Below the pieces are notes generated by a model. It saw only the letters and a list, made by a program, of their open reading frames with translations. It had not been told where the DNA came from and did no database searches. The translations under genes and the position numbers were made by a program. 64,000 nucleotides of DNA from Octopus vulgaris. Its lineage: Eukaryota. Positions 1-14,199 of this stretch are shown in pieces. Where the stretch lies: the NCBI GenBank assembly GCA_951406725.2, contig OX597835.1, positions 27,528,001 to 27,592,000 of the forward strand. Direction: 5' to 3'. Position 1 is the stretch's first letter. Every line of letters begins with the position of its first letter.

Positions 1-906
1 TGCTAACCTTTCTGTGGGCTCATCATTTTGTACAAATAATATATCCTTTTCTGCTCTAAGCACAAGGCCAGAAATTTTGGGGGAGGCGGGACAGTCGATT
101 AGATCGACCCCAGTACTCCACTGGTACTTAATTTATTGACCCCGAAAGGATGAAGAGCAAAGTTGATCTCAGCGGAATTTGAACTCAGAACGTAAAGACA
201 GATGAAATACCGCTAAGCATTTCACCTGGCATGCTGACGTTTCTGCCAGCTCGCCACCTAGAAAATATTACTATAAAAATGTTGGCAACCCAGCATGGCC
301 ACAACCTCTGGCAGAAACTCGTAACAGAATAATATAATAGAATAAATAAATAATGTAACACAGGTGACAAAAATACAATCAAAAGCACATTTTATTCTCT
401 CACAGAGACATCCTTGCTAATAGATTCAAGGTCTCTTGTTTTCTCCCGGCTCACACTTGCCATTTAAGCATCGACTCAAATGTATGTCATATCTAACAGA
501 CACAAAAGCAAACCCATGTTCAGCATAATTAATAAACCAACTATACTGATATATATATATATACATACACATGGTGTGGCGTGTGTTGTTATATATTTCT
601 CCATCTTGCACTGAAGTATTTTAAGTAGCAGCAGCCAGCAGCAATCACTTGTCTGCTATTGTCATGGCCTTCAAAGATTTAATAATCCTAGCTGTATAGG
701 TATTACTTTCTATTCAGCATTGCATAAAAAAAATAAGATAATAATAATAATAATAATAAAGATAATAATGACCTTGAATGTCTATGTTTGCCCTGAACAC
801 GTTTACGTCATGTTTTCTGCGAGGTTATCTAATTATTCTGTTAAGAAAGGAAACTCTCTATATATTTCTCAAACCATGAATGATGATGATGATGATAATA
901 ATAACA

Positions 907-945
<39 letters not shown>

Positions 946-3044
946 CATGTGCCTGGTGTACCTTTATCAGACGGGTAGTCATGAAGGGTATATTGGGCTT
1001 CGTATATTTTACCCCAGTGTCACTTTGATGGCATGAACTGCTCTCTCACTCAATAATAATAATAATAATAATAATAATAATCATCATCATCATTGTTTAA
1101 CGTTCGCTTTCCATGCTAGTATGGGTTGGATGATTTTGACTGAGGTCTGGCGAACCAGATGGCTGCACCAGGCTCCAATCTTGATTTGGCAGAGTTTCTA
1201 CAGCTGGATGCCCTTCCTAACGCCAACCACTCTGAGGGTGTGGTGGGTGCTTTAATCCTTTCTACAATAGGCACTAGGCCTGAAAATTGGTGGTGGGAGG
1301 GGGTAAGTCAATCACATCAACCCCAGAATTTGACTGGTGCTTATTTGATTCCTACCCCCCGCTTCCCTGCCCCCTGAGAGGATGAAAGGCAAAAGTTGAC
1401 TTTGGCGGAATTTGAACTCAGAACATAAAGACGGAAGAAATTCCGCTCAGCATATTCTGACTGGTGTGGCTAACGATTCTGCCAGCTCACCACTTTTGGG
1501 GGGTGGGGGTAGGGAATTATCCTCAAAACGAAGAATATGTAGAGGTCCCCCCCACCACCACCACTATCACTCATTAGTTTGTTCTACAGATTTGAAACAT
1601 GACAAGTAAGAATCTGAAATTAATGCTTTCATCTATCTAAGAACAAGAAGACAAACAACAACAACATCCCTGGTAGGGAAGCTGGAGGAAGCTGGAGGAT
1701 GAGGTCAATTGAAATATATCACGTTTGTCAGAAGGGAATCATTATTCTTACCTACATTGTTATGATTTCTATACTAAGGCCCCAGCATCACCTGTCTACC
1801 AATCCCTGTGAATTCACACTTTTGTAAGCTATGTAACAGCCCCTTGTGGCATTGCTTTTGTAGAGAATAAAAGTTTATCATCATCATCACAATGGCACGG
1901 CTGTGCGGTAAGAAGCTTGCTTCCCGACCACATGATTCTGGGTTCAGTCCAACCATGTGGTACTTTGAGCAAGTGTTTTCTACAATAGCCTCAGGCCGAC
2001 AAAAGCCTTGTGAGTGGATTTGGTAGAAGGAAACTGAAGAAGCCTGTCGGTGGACTTGGTGCATTTTATGGGCACAAGCACTGACCTTACCTGTGCTTGT
2101 ACCATGTAAAAAGCACGAAGTCCACTCTGTTGAGTGGTTGGTGTTAGGAAGGGCATCCAGCTGTAAAAATCCTGCCAAAGCAGTCACAGAAGTCTGGTGC
2201 AGGCTTCTGCCTGGCTGGCTCTTGTGAAACCATCCCACCCATGCTAGAATGGAAGGTGGACGTTAAATGATGATGATGATACATATATGTATGTATTTGT
2301 GTGTGTGTGTGTGTGTGTGTATATCTCCGTTTGTTCCTCCACCATCACTTGACAACCAGTGCTGGTGTGTTTGAGTCCCCGTAAGTTAGCGCTGCAGCAA
2401 AAGAGACTGATAGAATAAGTACTGGGCTTACAAAGAATAAGTCATGGGGAAGGGGGGGGGGTCGATTTCTTCGGTTAAAACCCTTTAAGGTGGTACTCCA
2501 GCATGGCCGCAGTCAGATGACTGATACAAGTAAAAGACTAAAAGAGTCGTCGTCGTTGTCAATATTAGCAGACAAGCTGGCAGAACCATTCACAAACCAA
2601 AGAAAATGCTTAGTGGCATTTCTTCTGATTTTAAGTTCTGAGTTCAAGCTCTGCCAAGATCAACTTTACTTCTCAACCACTCAGAGTCAATAAAAATAAG
2701 TACCAGTCATGTACTGGGGGTTGATGTTATCAACTTACCCCCTTCGCTGAACTTGCTCACCTTGTGCTAAATTTTGAAACCATTATAATTATTATTATAA
2801 CATGAGCAGTCATTGGCAAGCCAGGCAAAATGCCTGGTGGTATTTTGTACATCTTTCCATTCTCAATTCAAAATCCTCCAAAGCTGACTTTGACTTTCAG
2901 CCTCCGAGAGGCAATAAAAATAAGTACCAGTTGTGTACTGAGATTGATGTAATCGATTAACTCCTACCCCCCAGCCTGTGCCCCCCCCCCAAATTGCTGG
3001 CCTTGTGCCAAAATCTAAAATCATCATCATTATTAGTTCTACCA

Positions 3045-3262
3045 TAAGGCGGTGAGCTGGCAGAATCGTTAGCATGCCGGGCGAAATGCTTAGCGGCCTT
3101 TCACCTGTTGTTACGTTCTGGGTTCAAATTTTGCCGAGGTCGACTTTGCCTTTCATCCTTTTGGGGTCAATAAATTAAGTACCAGTGAAACACTGGGGTC
3201 AATGTAATCGACTAGTCCCCTCCCCCAAATTTCAGGCCTTGTGCTTATAGTAGAAAGGATTA
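3045..3262 (+). mobile_element. SINE family A copy; others ~50-257(-), 1255-1492(-), 2575-3020(+, two), 12188-12597(-, dimer), 16403-16492(+), 22685-22995(-), 27020-27222(-), 39170-39375(-), 49030-49465(-, two), 52765-52970(-)
   Basis: Shared head ggcggtgagctggcagaatcgttagc and shared central domain. Confidence 0.9.
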
Positions 3263-3469
3263 TTATTATTATTATTATTATTATAAAGAATAATGATTCC
3301 CTTCTGACGAATGTGATGTATTTCAATTGACCTCCTCCTCCAGCTTCCTCCTCCTCCAGCTTCCCTATAAGGGATGTTGTTGTTGTTTGTCTTATTGTTC
3401 TTAGATAGATGAAAGCATTAATTACAGATTCTTATTTGTCATGTTTCAAATCTGTTTAACTACCAATTA

Positions 3470-4035
3470 CCATCATCACTATAACCATCACCCCCACCAC
3501 AACCACTAGCCCCCTTACTACAATCACCGCCATCGCTGCCGTCACCACCACTACCACCACCACCACACTACCACCAAAGCAACCACTGCTGCCACGACCA
3601 CCACGATCACCACCATGACCACCGTCGCTGTCACCATCACCACCATCGCTGCCACGACGACCACCACTGTTACCACCAAAGCAACCACTGCCACCACGAC
3701 CACCACGATCACCACCATCGCTGCCACCACCACCACCATCGCTGCTACGACCACCACCACAGTTACCACCACAACCACCACCACACTACCACCAAAGCAA
3801 CCACTGCTGCCACGACCACCACGATCACCACCATGACCACCATCGCTGCCACCACCACCACCATCGCTGCCACCACCACCATCGCTGCCACCACCACCAC
3901 AACCACAACCACACTACCACCAAAGCAACCACTGCTGCCACGACCACCACTACTGCTACCATTGTCACCACCACTGTCATCATCATTATCATCACTACTA
4001 CCACCACCACCGCCACCACCACCACCACCACCACT
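3470..4035. repeat. (ACC)n-derived minisatellite with higher-order repeats
   Basis: Recurrent unit ccaccaaagcaaccactgctgccacgaccaccacgatcaccacc; source of the poly-Thr and poly-Val ORFs. Confidence 0.9.
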
Positions 4036-4489
4036 CCCACGTTTGTCCTAGCCAATGCATGGAATACGATGGTCATCGATGAAACAAAAACAAGAAAGAA
4101 ACAAGCAAGAGGAAACCAAACTGAAATCAAACCAAATATATTTCTTATTGCATGCGAACACGGCAGAGCTGCACCGAGCTTCAAAAGAAAACGGCCGGAG
4201 AATTTATAAGTTTATTGATATATTTATTCAGATCTATTTTACTCTCCTGAAGAGGGCACACTGTAGAAGCCACAGGTGAAAAGGGAGATCAAATGGATTG
4301 ATTTGTATTTCTGAAGATGTTCGCTGAAGATATAGTGAAGAGGAGGAGCTAGAGAAGGACACTTTATGTGGTCACCCAAGTTGCTAGAGAGTGCAACCAA
4401 ATCAGCATAATCTTCTTCTTACTCCTTCTCTTTCTTCTGCTTTCTCTCACTCTCTTTCTCCCTCCCTCTCCCCCAGAAACTTCCCTCTC

Positions 4490-4620
4490 ATCTATCTATC
4501 TAGCCATTCTATCCAGCTATCTATCTATCTATCTATCTATCTATCCATCCACCTAGCCATCTATCTGGCTGTCTATCTATCTACCTACCTACCTACGTAC
4601 CTACATTCCTACCTATCTAC

Positions 4621-4675
<55 letters not shown>

Positions 4676-4677
4676 CA

Positions 4678-4739
<62 letters not shown>

Positions 4740-4910
4740 CATACCTATCTATCTATCTATCTATCTACCAATCTATCTATCTAGCCATCTATATGGCTGT
4801 CTGTCTGTCTCTCTTTCTATCTGTCTATCTATTTATCCACCTATCTATCCATCCACCCATAAACAACCCACCCACCCATCCATCCATCCATCCATCTGTC
4901 CATCTATCAT
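4490..4910. repeat. (ATCT)n tetranucleotide microsatellite
   Basis: Direct inspection. Confidence 0.95.
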
Positions 4911-5073
4911 CTTTATAGATACAGTGAGAATGAGTAACCAACATCTCATTGGTGGCTAAATACTCTTTATTCTTTGATTAACAAGGTTACCATTGGGTTC
5001 TATGCAGAGAAATCTCAGCAATTACCAAGCCTGCCACGTAGGACAGTGATACTCATCACTATCTTGGAAGAGA

Positions 5074-5119
<46 letters not shown>

Positions 5120-7237
5120 GTAGAAAGATAGGTAGACAGACAGACAAATAGATAGAAATAGACAGATACATACACACACACACTGAAGCACACACAAACA
5201 CATACAAATGTGGTGCCTCTAATGGTTACAGCTATTATATTGGAGATAACACCATTTCTCCATAATTCAAAGCAGCATTAGAAATTCAAAATTGAAATTA
5301 AGGAAATCTAAGGAAAACCTTGCATAAAATTCACATACTTAATTATTTTTGTCTACCTAATATGAAGTCCTTAGAATTTCAAGTCTTTGGCAATCATGTG
5401 TAGCACTATTCCAATATATAGTATTCGATATTATTGCACTGAAATAAAACTGATAAAACAGTATATGTGTGGGCATGTGTGCGTGTTTGTGTTCCAAGTG
5501 GGGGCAAGTTCAAAAGAAGCTGTATCTGGCCTTAGAGTAAAGTTTTCAAAGATAAGCGCGAGAGTGTATGAAATATTTAATCCATAATGGTTAGTCTGAT
5601 AGAATATATTTTCACCTATGGGCAAAACAAATTATATTTTATTGGACTGTCATGGATTAAATATTTCATATAAATATATGCACACATATATATATATATA
5701 TACTCTTTTACTCTTTTACTTGTTTCAGTCATTTGACTGTGGCCATGCTGGGGCACCGCCTTTAATCGAGCAACTCAACCCCGGGACTTATTCTTTTCGT
5801 AAGCTCAGTATTTATTCTATCGGTCTCTTTTGCCGAACCACTAAGTAACGAAGACATAAACACACCAGCATCGGTTGTCAAGCAATGCTAGGGGGACAAA
5901 CACAGACACACAAATACACACATGCATATATGTATATATATACGACGGGCTTCTTTTCAGTTTCTGTCTACCAAATCCACTCACAAGGCTTTGGTCAGCC
6001 TGAGGCTATAGTAGAAGACACTTGCCCAAGGTGCCATGCAGTGGGACTGAACCCGGATGGAACCATGTAGTTGGGTTGTCCGCAAAGTTCGTATCGATTT
6101 TTAAAGGAAAGAAAGCAAGTTTCTTACCACACAGCAACTCCTGCGCTTACATATATATATATATATTTAAAAAATTAAAAAAAATTTTTTAAATTTTTTA
6201 TATATATATATATGTATGTATATACAGAGGCTATGACAAATGACTGAGGCCTTTGGCAATATGCTATGCTTGAGAAGGAAGGTCCATCAAGCCAAGTGAA
6301 ATTTTAGTTGTGACAGATACTGGTGTCATGCAAGTGGCATGTAAATGCATCCATTATACTCTCAGAGTGGTTGGCATTAGGAAGGGCATCTAGCTGTAGA
6401 AACCATGCCAAATCAGACTAGAATCTGGTGCAGCCCCTCAGCTTAGTAGTGCTGGTCAAACTGTCCAGCTCATGTTCGCATGGACAACAGACATTAAATG
6501 ATGATGATGATGATGATGATATACAAGTGCTAATTTCATACACATGCACACACACCCACACACACAGACGTTTTTAAAACATGTGGCTAATCTGATTCTC
6601 CCATGACATAACTGTTTCATTTACCAACCAATTACAAAGCAGGAAATAATAGTTCTTGCAGTGACCATATTCGACATCTGAGACGCCGATGACAGCAGAG
6701 AAGCTAAACGCTTGCGTTCCTGCGATCTGTGTCTGTCGTGTAGCACGGGCATGAGCTCAATTTCCGCTGAGTCAGATTAGTTGAGTGTAAGTAATTAATA
6801 AAGCGTTATTGATTTAATTAATTGTGTGTAGGTCTATGGCTATAAACGAACATTAGCCTAGCGGATATTGAAACAGAAATCAATAATTTGTTATAAACAC
6901 AAATATTGAGTAAGAAGAGATCAACTAAAACGATTACTTAAAATGTAAAATGTTGGAGATTATTTTATTAGTTTCCAGGAGTCAGACTGTGGCCATGCTG
7001 GGGCACTGCTGTCAAAGGTTTATTTTGCTCTTAGACAGACTACATTGTCGACGCTGTCGCCTCTAATCGTACAGCTCTGCTATTTATTTTATCAGCCTCG
7101 TGAGAAACAATAGACAAGATTTCTACATTGGTGTAAATGGAGATAATTCAAGTTTGACATTTACAGCGCAACAACGTATTCCTGCTTGATAAACTGTTTC
7201 TCTTCTCTCTCCCTATGGTGATAAATTCATGTGTACT

Positions 7238-7271
<34 letters not shown>

Positions 7272-7289
7272 TACAATACAATCATATAT

Positions 7290-7339
<50 letters not shown>

Positions 7340-8176
7340 GGCATAGGAGTGGCTGTGTGGTAAGTAGTTTGCTTACGAACCACATGGTTCTGGGTTCAGT
7401 CCCACTGCATGACACCTTGGGCAAGTGTCTTCTGCTATAGCCTCGGGCCAACCAAAGCCTTGTGAGTGGATTTGGTAGACAGAAACTGAAAGAAGCCCGT
7501 TGTCATCATCATCATCATCATCATCGTTTAACGTCCGTTTTCCGCGCTAGCACGGGTTGGACGGTTTCGACCGGGGTCTGGGGAGCTCGGGACTGCCCCA
7601 GGCTCCAATCTAGTCTGGCAGTGTTTCTACAGCTGGATGCCCTTCCTAACGCCAACCACTCCGCGAGTGTAGTGGGTGTTTTTTACGTGCCACCTGCACA
7701 GGTGCCAGAGGGGTCTGGCAACGGCCACGTTCGGATGGTGCTTTTTATGTGGGGGGGTGGTGCAGAAATATAGGGGAGCACCAGTGGGGAGGGGTGGTTC
7801 AGAGAAATGATGACAGGTTCTAGGCAAGTAGAACGTAGGATATCGAGAGAGGGGTAATGCATGGTGAAATAGCGTATTGAAGAGGGGGTTCGAAGAGTAG
7901 ACACCTATAATGGTGGTGGGAGAAGCGACATCCGGTATAGATGGAGCAAAATATAGAGATATCCAGTATTGGTGGTGGGGTGGGCAGGGCGGGTGAAGAT
8001 ACGAAGTTTGATTTTAGACGAATGAAGATAGATAGATAGATAGATAGAGAAATTAGATAGATAGAGAAATTTGATAAATAGTTAGACAGATAGAGAAACA
8101 TAAATAAATGGTAACCGAAGTGAAAATTAAGCATTCAACTTATCTGCACTCAGGACTACAGCTTGTAGATGAATGA

Positions 8177-8220
<44 letters not shown>

Positions 8221-8809
8221 ATATGTGTATTAGAGGGGACATACTTCAAGATGGCGCGAAGATACGAAGTTTGATTTTAGACGAATGTAGATAGATAGAT
8301 AGATAGATAGATAGAGAAATTAGATAGATAGAGAAATTTGATAAATAGTTAGACAGATAGAGAAACATAAGAGGGATTTGATAAATAGTTAGACAGATAG
8401 AGAAACATAAGAGGGAGTATCCGGTGTAGATGGTGAGAACAGTGTTCACCGGTATTGGTGGTGGGGGTGGGAGGGCGGGCGCACCGCGCATTGGGAGAAG
8501 ATGAGGTTTTAGGCGGCAGAAAAGAAGACAGGATTGAGATGAAATGCTTTGCGGTGTGTGAATAAGTTTTTGTATATATGTATATATATATATGTGTATG
8601 GTTGTGCGTTGTGTTTGCCCCCTCCCCCAACATCGCTTGACAACCGATGCTGGTGTGTTTACATCCCCGTAACTTAGCGGTTCGGCAAAAGAGACTGATA
8701 GAATAAGTACTAGGCTTACAAAGAATAAGTCCTGGGGTCGATTTCCTCGACTAAAGGTGGTGCTCCAGCATGGTCACAGTCAAATGACTGAAACAAGTAA
8801 ATGAAATGA

Positions 8810-8844
<35 letters not shown>

Positions 8845-8918
8845 TCGTCGCCATGAGAGATCGGTAGCTACTGCACACCTTTTTTCTCCCCTTGTTTCAG
8901 TCCTTGTTTTCTGTGTCC

Positions 8919-8954
8919 CTTTCTGTAGAAGAGCATAGGCTCGAAACGTAAAAG
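8919..8954 (+). ncRNA. minimal hammerhead-like motif with CUGUAGA core, inside a ~190-nt repeat (8845-9038)
   Basis: CTTT CTGTAGA A GAGC-atag-GCTC GAAAC GTA^ AAAG. Stems I and II are perfect and the junction ACGT is palindromic. Core position 6 is non-canonical (U). Confidence 0.6.
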
Positions 8955-9568
8955 ACTTTTTCAATTCCTGAGCGTTATACTAATACATTGTTTGTTTTCC
9001 ACACCACCTGTCTTCATCTTGTGTTTTTTGATGAATTCTGTGTGCGTGTGTGTGTGTGTGCTTGCATGTGTCCATGTATATACAATTGTGTGTGCGTATG
9101 TATGAGCGTTTGTCGTGTGGGTGTGGGTTCATTTGCATGTGCATGTGTGTGTATGTGTGTTCATGTGCATATATGTGTGTGCGAGTGAATGCATGTGCGT
9201 GTCTACATGTGTGTATATGTATATATGTGTATGTGAGAGAGTGTGTGTATATATGTGTGTGTGTGTATATGTATATATGTGTATATATATATATGTGTGT
9301 GTGTGTGTGTATCCATCATGCGAAACTGTTAATCCTGACATATCTGTTCTTTTTCTCTCTCCATTTTTTTTTTCACCTGTCATCCCTTTCTGTTGAAGAG
9401 TGTTGGCTAAAACCATCAAACTAAAGACACCTATGTCTTCTTTCCTCACCTGTCTTCTTAGCCTTTTGTTTTCCGTACACAGAGTTCATGGTGAGGTAAA
9501 CAACAACGAAGGTATCAAGTGTTGATAGGAAACTATAAAGATGTAAGTACCAAATTTATATATATATA

Positions 9569-10065
9569 TCATCATCATCGTTTAACGTCCGCTTTCCATG
9601 CTAGCATGGGTTGGACGATTTGACTGAAGACTGGCAAACCAGATGGCTGCACCAGGCTCCAATCTGATCTGGCAGAGTTTCTACAGCTGGATGCCCTTCC
9701 TAATGCCAACAACTTTGAGAGTGTAGTGGGTGCTTTTACGTGCCACCGGCATAAGGGCCAGTCAGGTGGTACTGGCAACAGCCACGCTCAAATGGCGTTT
9801 TTTATGTGCCACCTGCACAGGAGCCAGTCCAGTGGAACTGGCAATGACCTTGCTTGCTCGAATGTTTTTTCATGTGCCACCAGCACAAGTGCCAGTAAGG
9901 CAACACTGGTAACGATCACGTTCAAATGGTGCTTTTTATGTGCCACTGGCACGGAAGCCAGTTAGCCACTCTAGCAACAATCACACTTAGACGGTGCTCT
10001 TAGTGCTCCACTGGCACGGATGCCAGTCATCGAATTTGATATCGATTTCACAGGTCTTCGCAAGC
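9569..10065 (-). mobile_element. retroposon family C with (GAT)n tail (RTE-type 3' end); others ~1082-1250, 2075-2280, 6300-6520, 7503-7750, 21432-21680, 41772-42015, 55180-55320, 58150-58462, 61858-62145
   Basis: Shared catcatcatcgtttaacgtccgctttccatgctagcatgggttggacg...ctggatgcccttcctaacgccaaccactc; internal repeats gcttttacgtgccaccggcac. Confidence 0.85.
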
Positions 10066-10194
10066 ACATGTATATATTTATATATATATACCAGAGTAAG
10101 CACATAAATGTGTAACAAGGTGGAAAAAAGAGTACTCAAATACCAGGGGTAGAGTAATATGCTTTATTTAAAAGCAGCAGAAAATATAACAAAA

Positions 10195-10236
10195 GCCTAT
10201 TACTCAGAGTTTCATGTTCCCGTTCATCGGACAGCA
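10195..10236 (-). ncRNA. degenerate copy of the same hammerhead family, within repeat 10090-10235
   Basis: Minus strand CTGT CCGATGA ACG-ggaa-CAT GAAAC tctga GTA ATAG, with single lesions in stems I and II. Its flank is homologous to 18780-18893. Confidence 0.55.
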
Positions 10237-10822
10237 GTTTGTCGTCACAAGAGTATCTCCTTCACTTGTGAAAGTGTAAACAATCGGCACCGTTTAAACT
10301 TTACTTTAATAAGGTCAATCAATAATCCAATGACGAAGTGATTTCACAACAGCACAATCTGGTAACGGGGTATTATTGTTGTTGTTGTTATTATTATTAT
10401 TATTATTGTTATTCATATATATATATTTAATTATGTATGAAAGCATTATTCTATGCTAATTTAGTTTAATTTTGTCAAGTCCCTCTTCAGTTTGCAAGAT
10501 CCAAATATAAATGTAATAAAATGTTTTATATTTTAATTATAAAAACTTTTGTGCCACCCTGTACATACAACTTATTCACACACACACACGCTACATTTAC
10601 ATTGTTATATGTATTTTGTCAAGCTCCCTCTTCAGTTTGTAAGATGTAGAATATTGTATGTAATGTAATAAATGTATGTTGTTGTGTGTGTGAATTCCCA
10701 CTTGTGAGAAAAAAGAGCTAGCGACTGAGTATTCCAAAGAAAGGCATGCGATGTATCTTTAACCCTTTTGACACTAACCATTCCTGGGATTGCTCTTGGT
10801 TCTATAAGACAAACTTCCTGTC

Positions 10823-10857
<35 letters not shown>

Positions 10858-13224
10858 CAGATAGTTAGATAGACAGATAGATAAACAAATAGATAGTGAA
10901 TTACACAGCTTTGCTTATTCTTCCTTTTCTAAAAGGGTGAATAATTAGAATAAAGTGAGGCAATTTATTCTTGAGTGAGACTACTGCGAGAGAATCATGA
11001 AGAATGTGAAAGAGTGAGAAAGAGAATAGTTCAACGAAAGACAATGTAAATAATTAGATGAAAGCAAAAACAATGAAATCAAATTAAAAACTGTGCGTTC
11101 AGTTTGACTTGTTGATATAATATATTCTTATACAACAGCAGTTTGTCGTCACAAGAGTATCTCCTTCACTTGTGAAAGTGTAAACAATCGGCACCGTTTA
11201 AACTTTACTTTAATAAGGTCAATCAATAATCCAATGACGAAGTGATTTCACAACAGCACAATCTGGTAACGGGGTATTATTGTTGTTGTTGTTATTATTA
11301 TTATTATTATTGTTATTATTATTGTCATGATGGCTTTTTGGGCTTTTGTTGCACTCATGGAGAATAAACAAAATTATTTGAGAGATCTATTGAGTTTTTT
11401 TTTACCACAGTGCATTGATTTCTAACATAAGCACAAGACACCAACCACCACCACCACCACCATCACCACCACCACCACCACCCGGCACTACCTCTACACA
11501 ATAAAATTTTGGTTGGGGCGGTGAAGGTTATAGTGGGTAGGATGGTGAATTCTGTGATGGTTTCAACGATGAACATTCTGTTGTTTTGAACAAGTGAATT
11601 CCCACTTGTGAGAAAAAAGAGCTAGCGACTGAGTATTCCAAAGAAAGGCATGCGATGTATCTTTAACCCTTTTGACACTAACCATTCCTGGGATTGCTCT
11701 TGGTTCTATAAGACAAACTTCCTGTCTTAAAGTGCTCTAATTTAAAACCTTCAATTAAAATTTCCTGTTTACTTATGTATCAAAGATGTTCTACTAAAGG
11801 CACAAGGCCTGAAATTTGGGTGGGGAAGGACTGGTTGATTACATCGACCCCAGTATTTTACTGGTATTTAATTTATTGATCCTGAAATTATATTTCAACA
11901 GAAACTTAGTAAAAAAAAGTTTAAAGAGAAGAGAGGAGGAAATTAAAGTATGAAGAAAAGGAGGGCTTCCAAAGAGTTTCCGCATGTGAATTTCACTCAC
12001 AAAGCTTCAGTCGTCCCCAGGCTATGGCAAAATACACTTGTCAAACTGGATGAGATAGAACTTGGGAACTCCTGGTAACAAAGTGACCTATGCATTCACA
12101 CAGCTGTAGATGAAGCTGGACATGCATACAAACATATAAAGATATGCAAATGTATACAGGTAAAATAGATAGATATATACATATACATTTCTTTACTACC
12201 CACAAGGGGCTAATCACAGAGATGACAAACAAGGACAGACAAATGGATTAAGTCAATTATATTGACCCCAGTGCGGAACTGGTATTTATTTAATCGACCC
12301 CGAAATGATGAAAGGCAAAGTCAACCTCGGCGGAATTTGAACTCAGAACACAACGGCAAACGAAATACCTATTTCTTTACTACCCACAAGGGGCTATACA
12401 CAGAGAAGACAAACAAGGACAGACAAATGGATTAAGTCGATTATATCGACCCCAGTGCGTAACTGGTACTTATTTAATCAACCCCAAAAGGATGAAAGGC
12501 AAAGTCCACCTCGGTGGAATTTGAACTCAGAACGTAATGGCAGACGAAATACGGCTATGCATTTCGCCCTGCGTGCTAACGATTCTGCCAGGTCGCCACA
12601 TGCATAAATGTTGCATGGTTGCGTTGTCAGTGACTAAACAGGAAACCCCACTGAGCTTGTTTGGTGGGGAGGGTGATTGTTGGACACCCTGGGGGACAGA
12701 AAATAAAACATATCAAAGAGCAGAGTAACACATGAACAGCCAACGGTCATCCAACAATATGTACATATGTATATACAGTTTTTATTTTATTCTGTTTATA
12801 TTTTATTTTTATATCATCATCATCACCATTTAATATTTGTTCTCCATGCTGGCATGGGTTGGACGGTTTGACAGGGACTGGGTGGCCAGAAGACTGCGTC
12901 AGCTTTCACTGTCTGTTTTGGCAGGGTTTTCAAACAGTTGGATACTCTTCACAACACCAACCATCACATCCTTAGGTTTACATATCTTTATCTGAGTAAT
13001 ATTTGAAAATATTTTCACTATATTTATTTGCATCATGCTAGCATGGAAGGTGGATGTTAAATGATGATGATGATGATTATATATATACATACACACACAC
13101 AGACATACACACATATATATAGGGTGGATGGGTTTCCTTAGCTGCGGTGAAGGCAACACATCTAGAAGAGGGAAACTCTGATATAAAACCAAGTCTCTGA
13201 CTACTAAGGATCCCTTTACATACA

Positions 13225-13238
13225 TATACATAATACAT

Positions 13239-13269
<31 letters not shown>

Positions 13270-13579
13270 CATGCATACATACATACATATATACATATAT
13301 ATACATGCATACATATATACATACATACATACATGTATATATATATACATATATATATATACATGCATACATATATACATACATATATATACATGCATAC
13401 ATATATACATACATACATGTATATATATACATATATATATATATACATGCATACATATATACATACATACATGTATATATATACATATATATATATATAC
13501 ATGCATACATATATACATACATACATGTATATATATACATATATATATATACATGCATACATATATACATACATACATG

Positions 13580-13642
<63 letters not shown>

Positions 13643-13690
13643 GTATGTGTGAGTGTATGTGTATATGTACATATATGCACACACATGAAT
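13225..13690. repeat. TA/CA minisatellite, ~50-bp unit
   Basis: Repeated acatgcatacatatatacatacatacatgtatatatatacatatatatat. Confidence 0.9.
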
Positions 13691-13967
13691 ATGAATATTG
13701 GTAGAGAGAGAGAGAGAGAAAGAGAGTTGTTATAAGTCAAAGAAGGACAGAAGAAGCAACTAATTAATTAATTAATTATATCAGACACTGCAAGATTAGG
13801 TCCCAGAGATGAGATGAAATGAAACTGGGTGAAACATTAGTGTACTTTACGGTTCCACCCTCCACCACCACCACCCCACATGCATCACGTAGCAATAAGA
13901 ATGCTTAACCAGTGACGATGATGATGATGACAATGACGATACTGATGATGATCACGCTGCTTTTGCC

Positions 13968-14004
<37 letters not shown>

Positions 14005-14063
14005 GGTGAAAAAGAGGAGAAATTCAAAAATATGAAAAAAAAGAATAAAATAATAAAAATATA

Positions 14064-14109
<46 letters not shown>

Positions 14110-14199
14110 ATTAATATTATTATTTTTGACATGTCAAATAGAGATTTTCTTATTAGAACACGTTAACTGGTTTCAGCATTGTTGCGATACGTAAGAACA

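Noticed and set aside
3551-4184. Mucin-like poly-Thr / poly-Val ORFs
   Set aside because: ACC-derived minisatellite with frameshifts between units and no credible splice context.
6686-6725. Hammerhead-like CCGATGA-CAGC...GCT-AAAC...GTT
   Set aside because: G12 missing and no stem I pairing.
9720-10020. Regularly spaced ttttatgtgccac repeats resembling a CRISPR array
   Set aside because: Internal tandem repeats of retroposon family C with mutually similar spacers; eukaryotic context, no cas genes.
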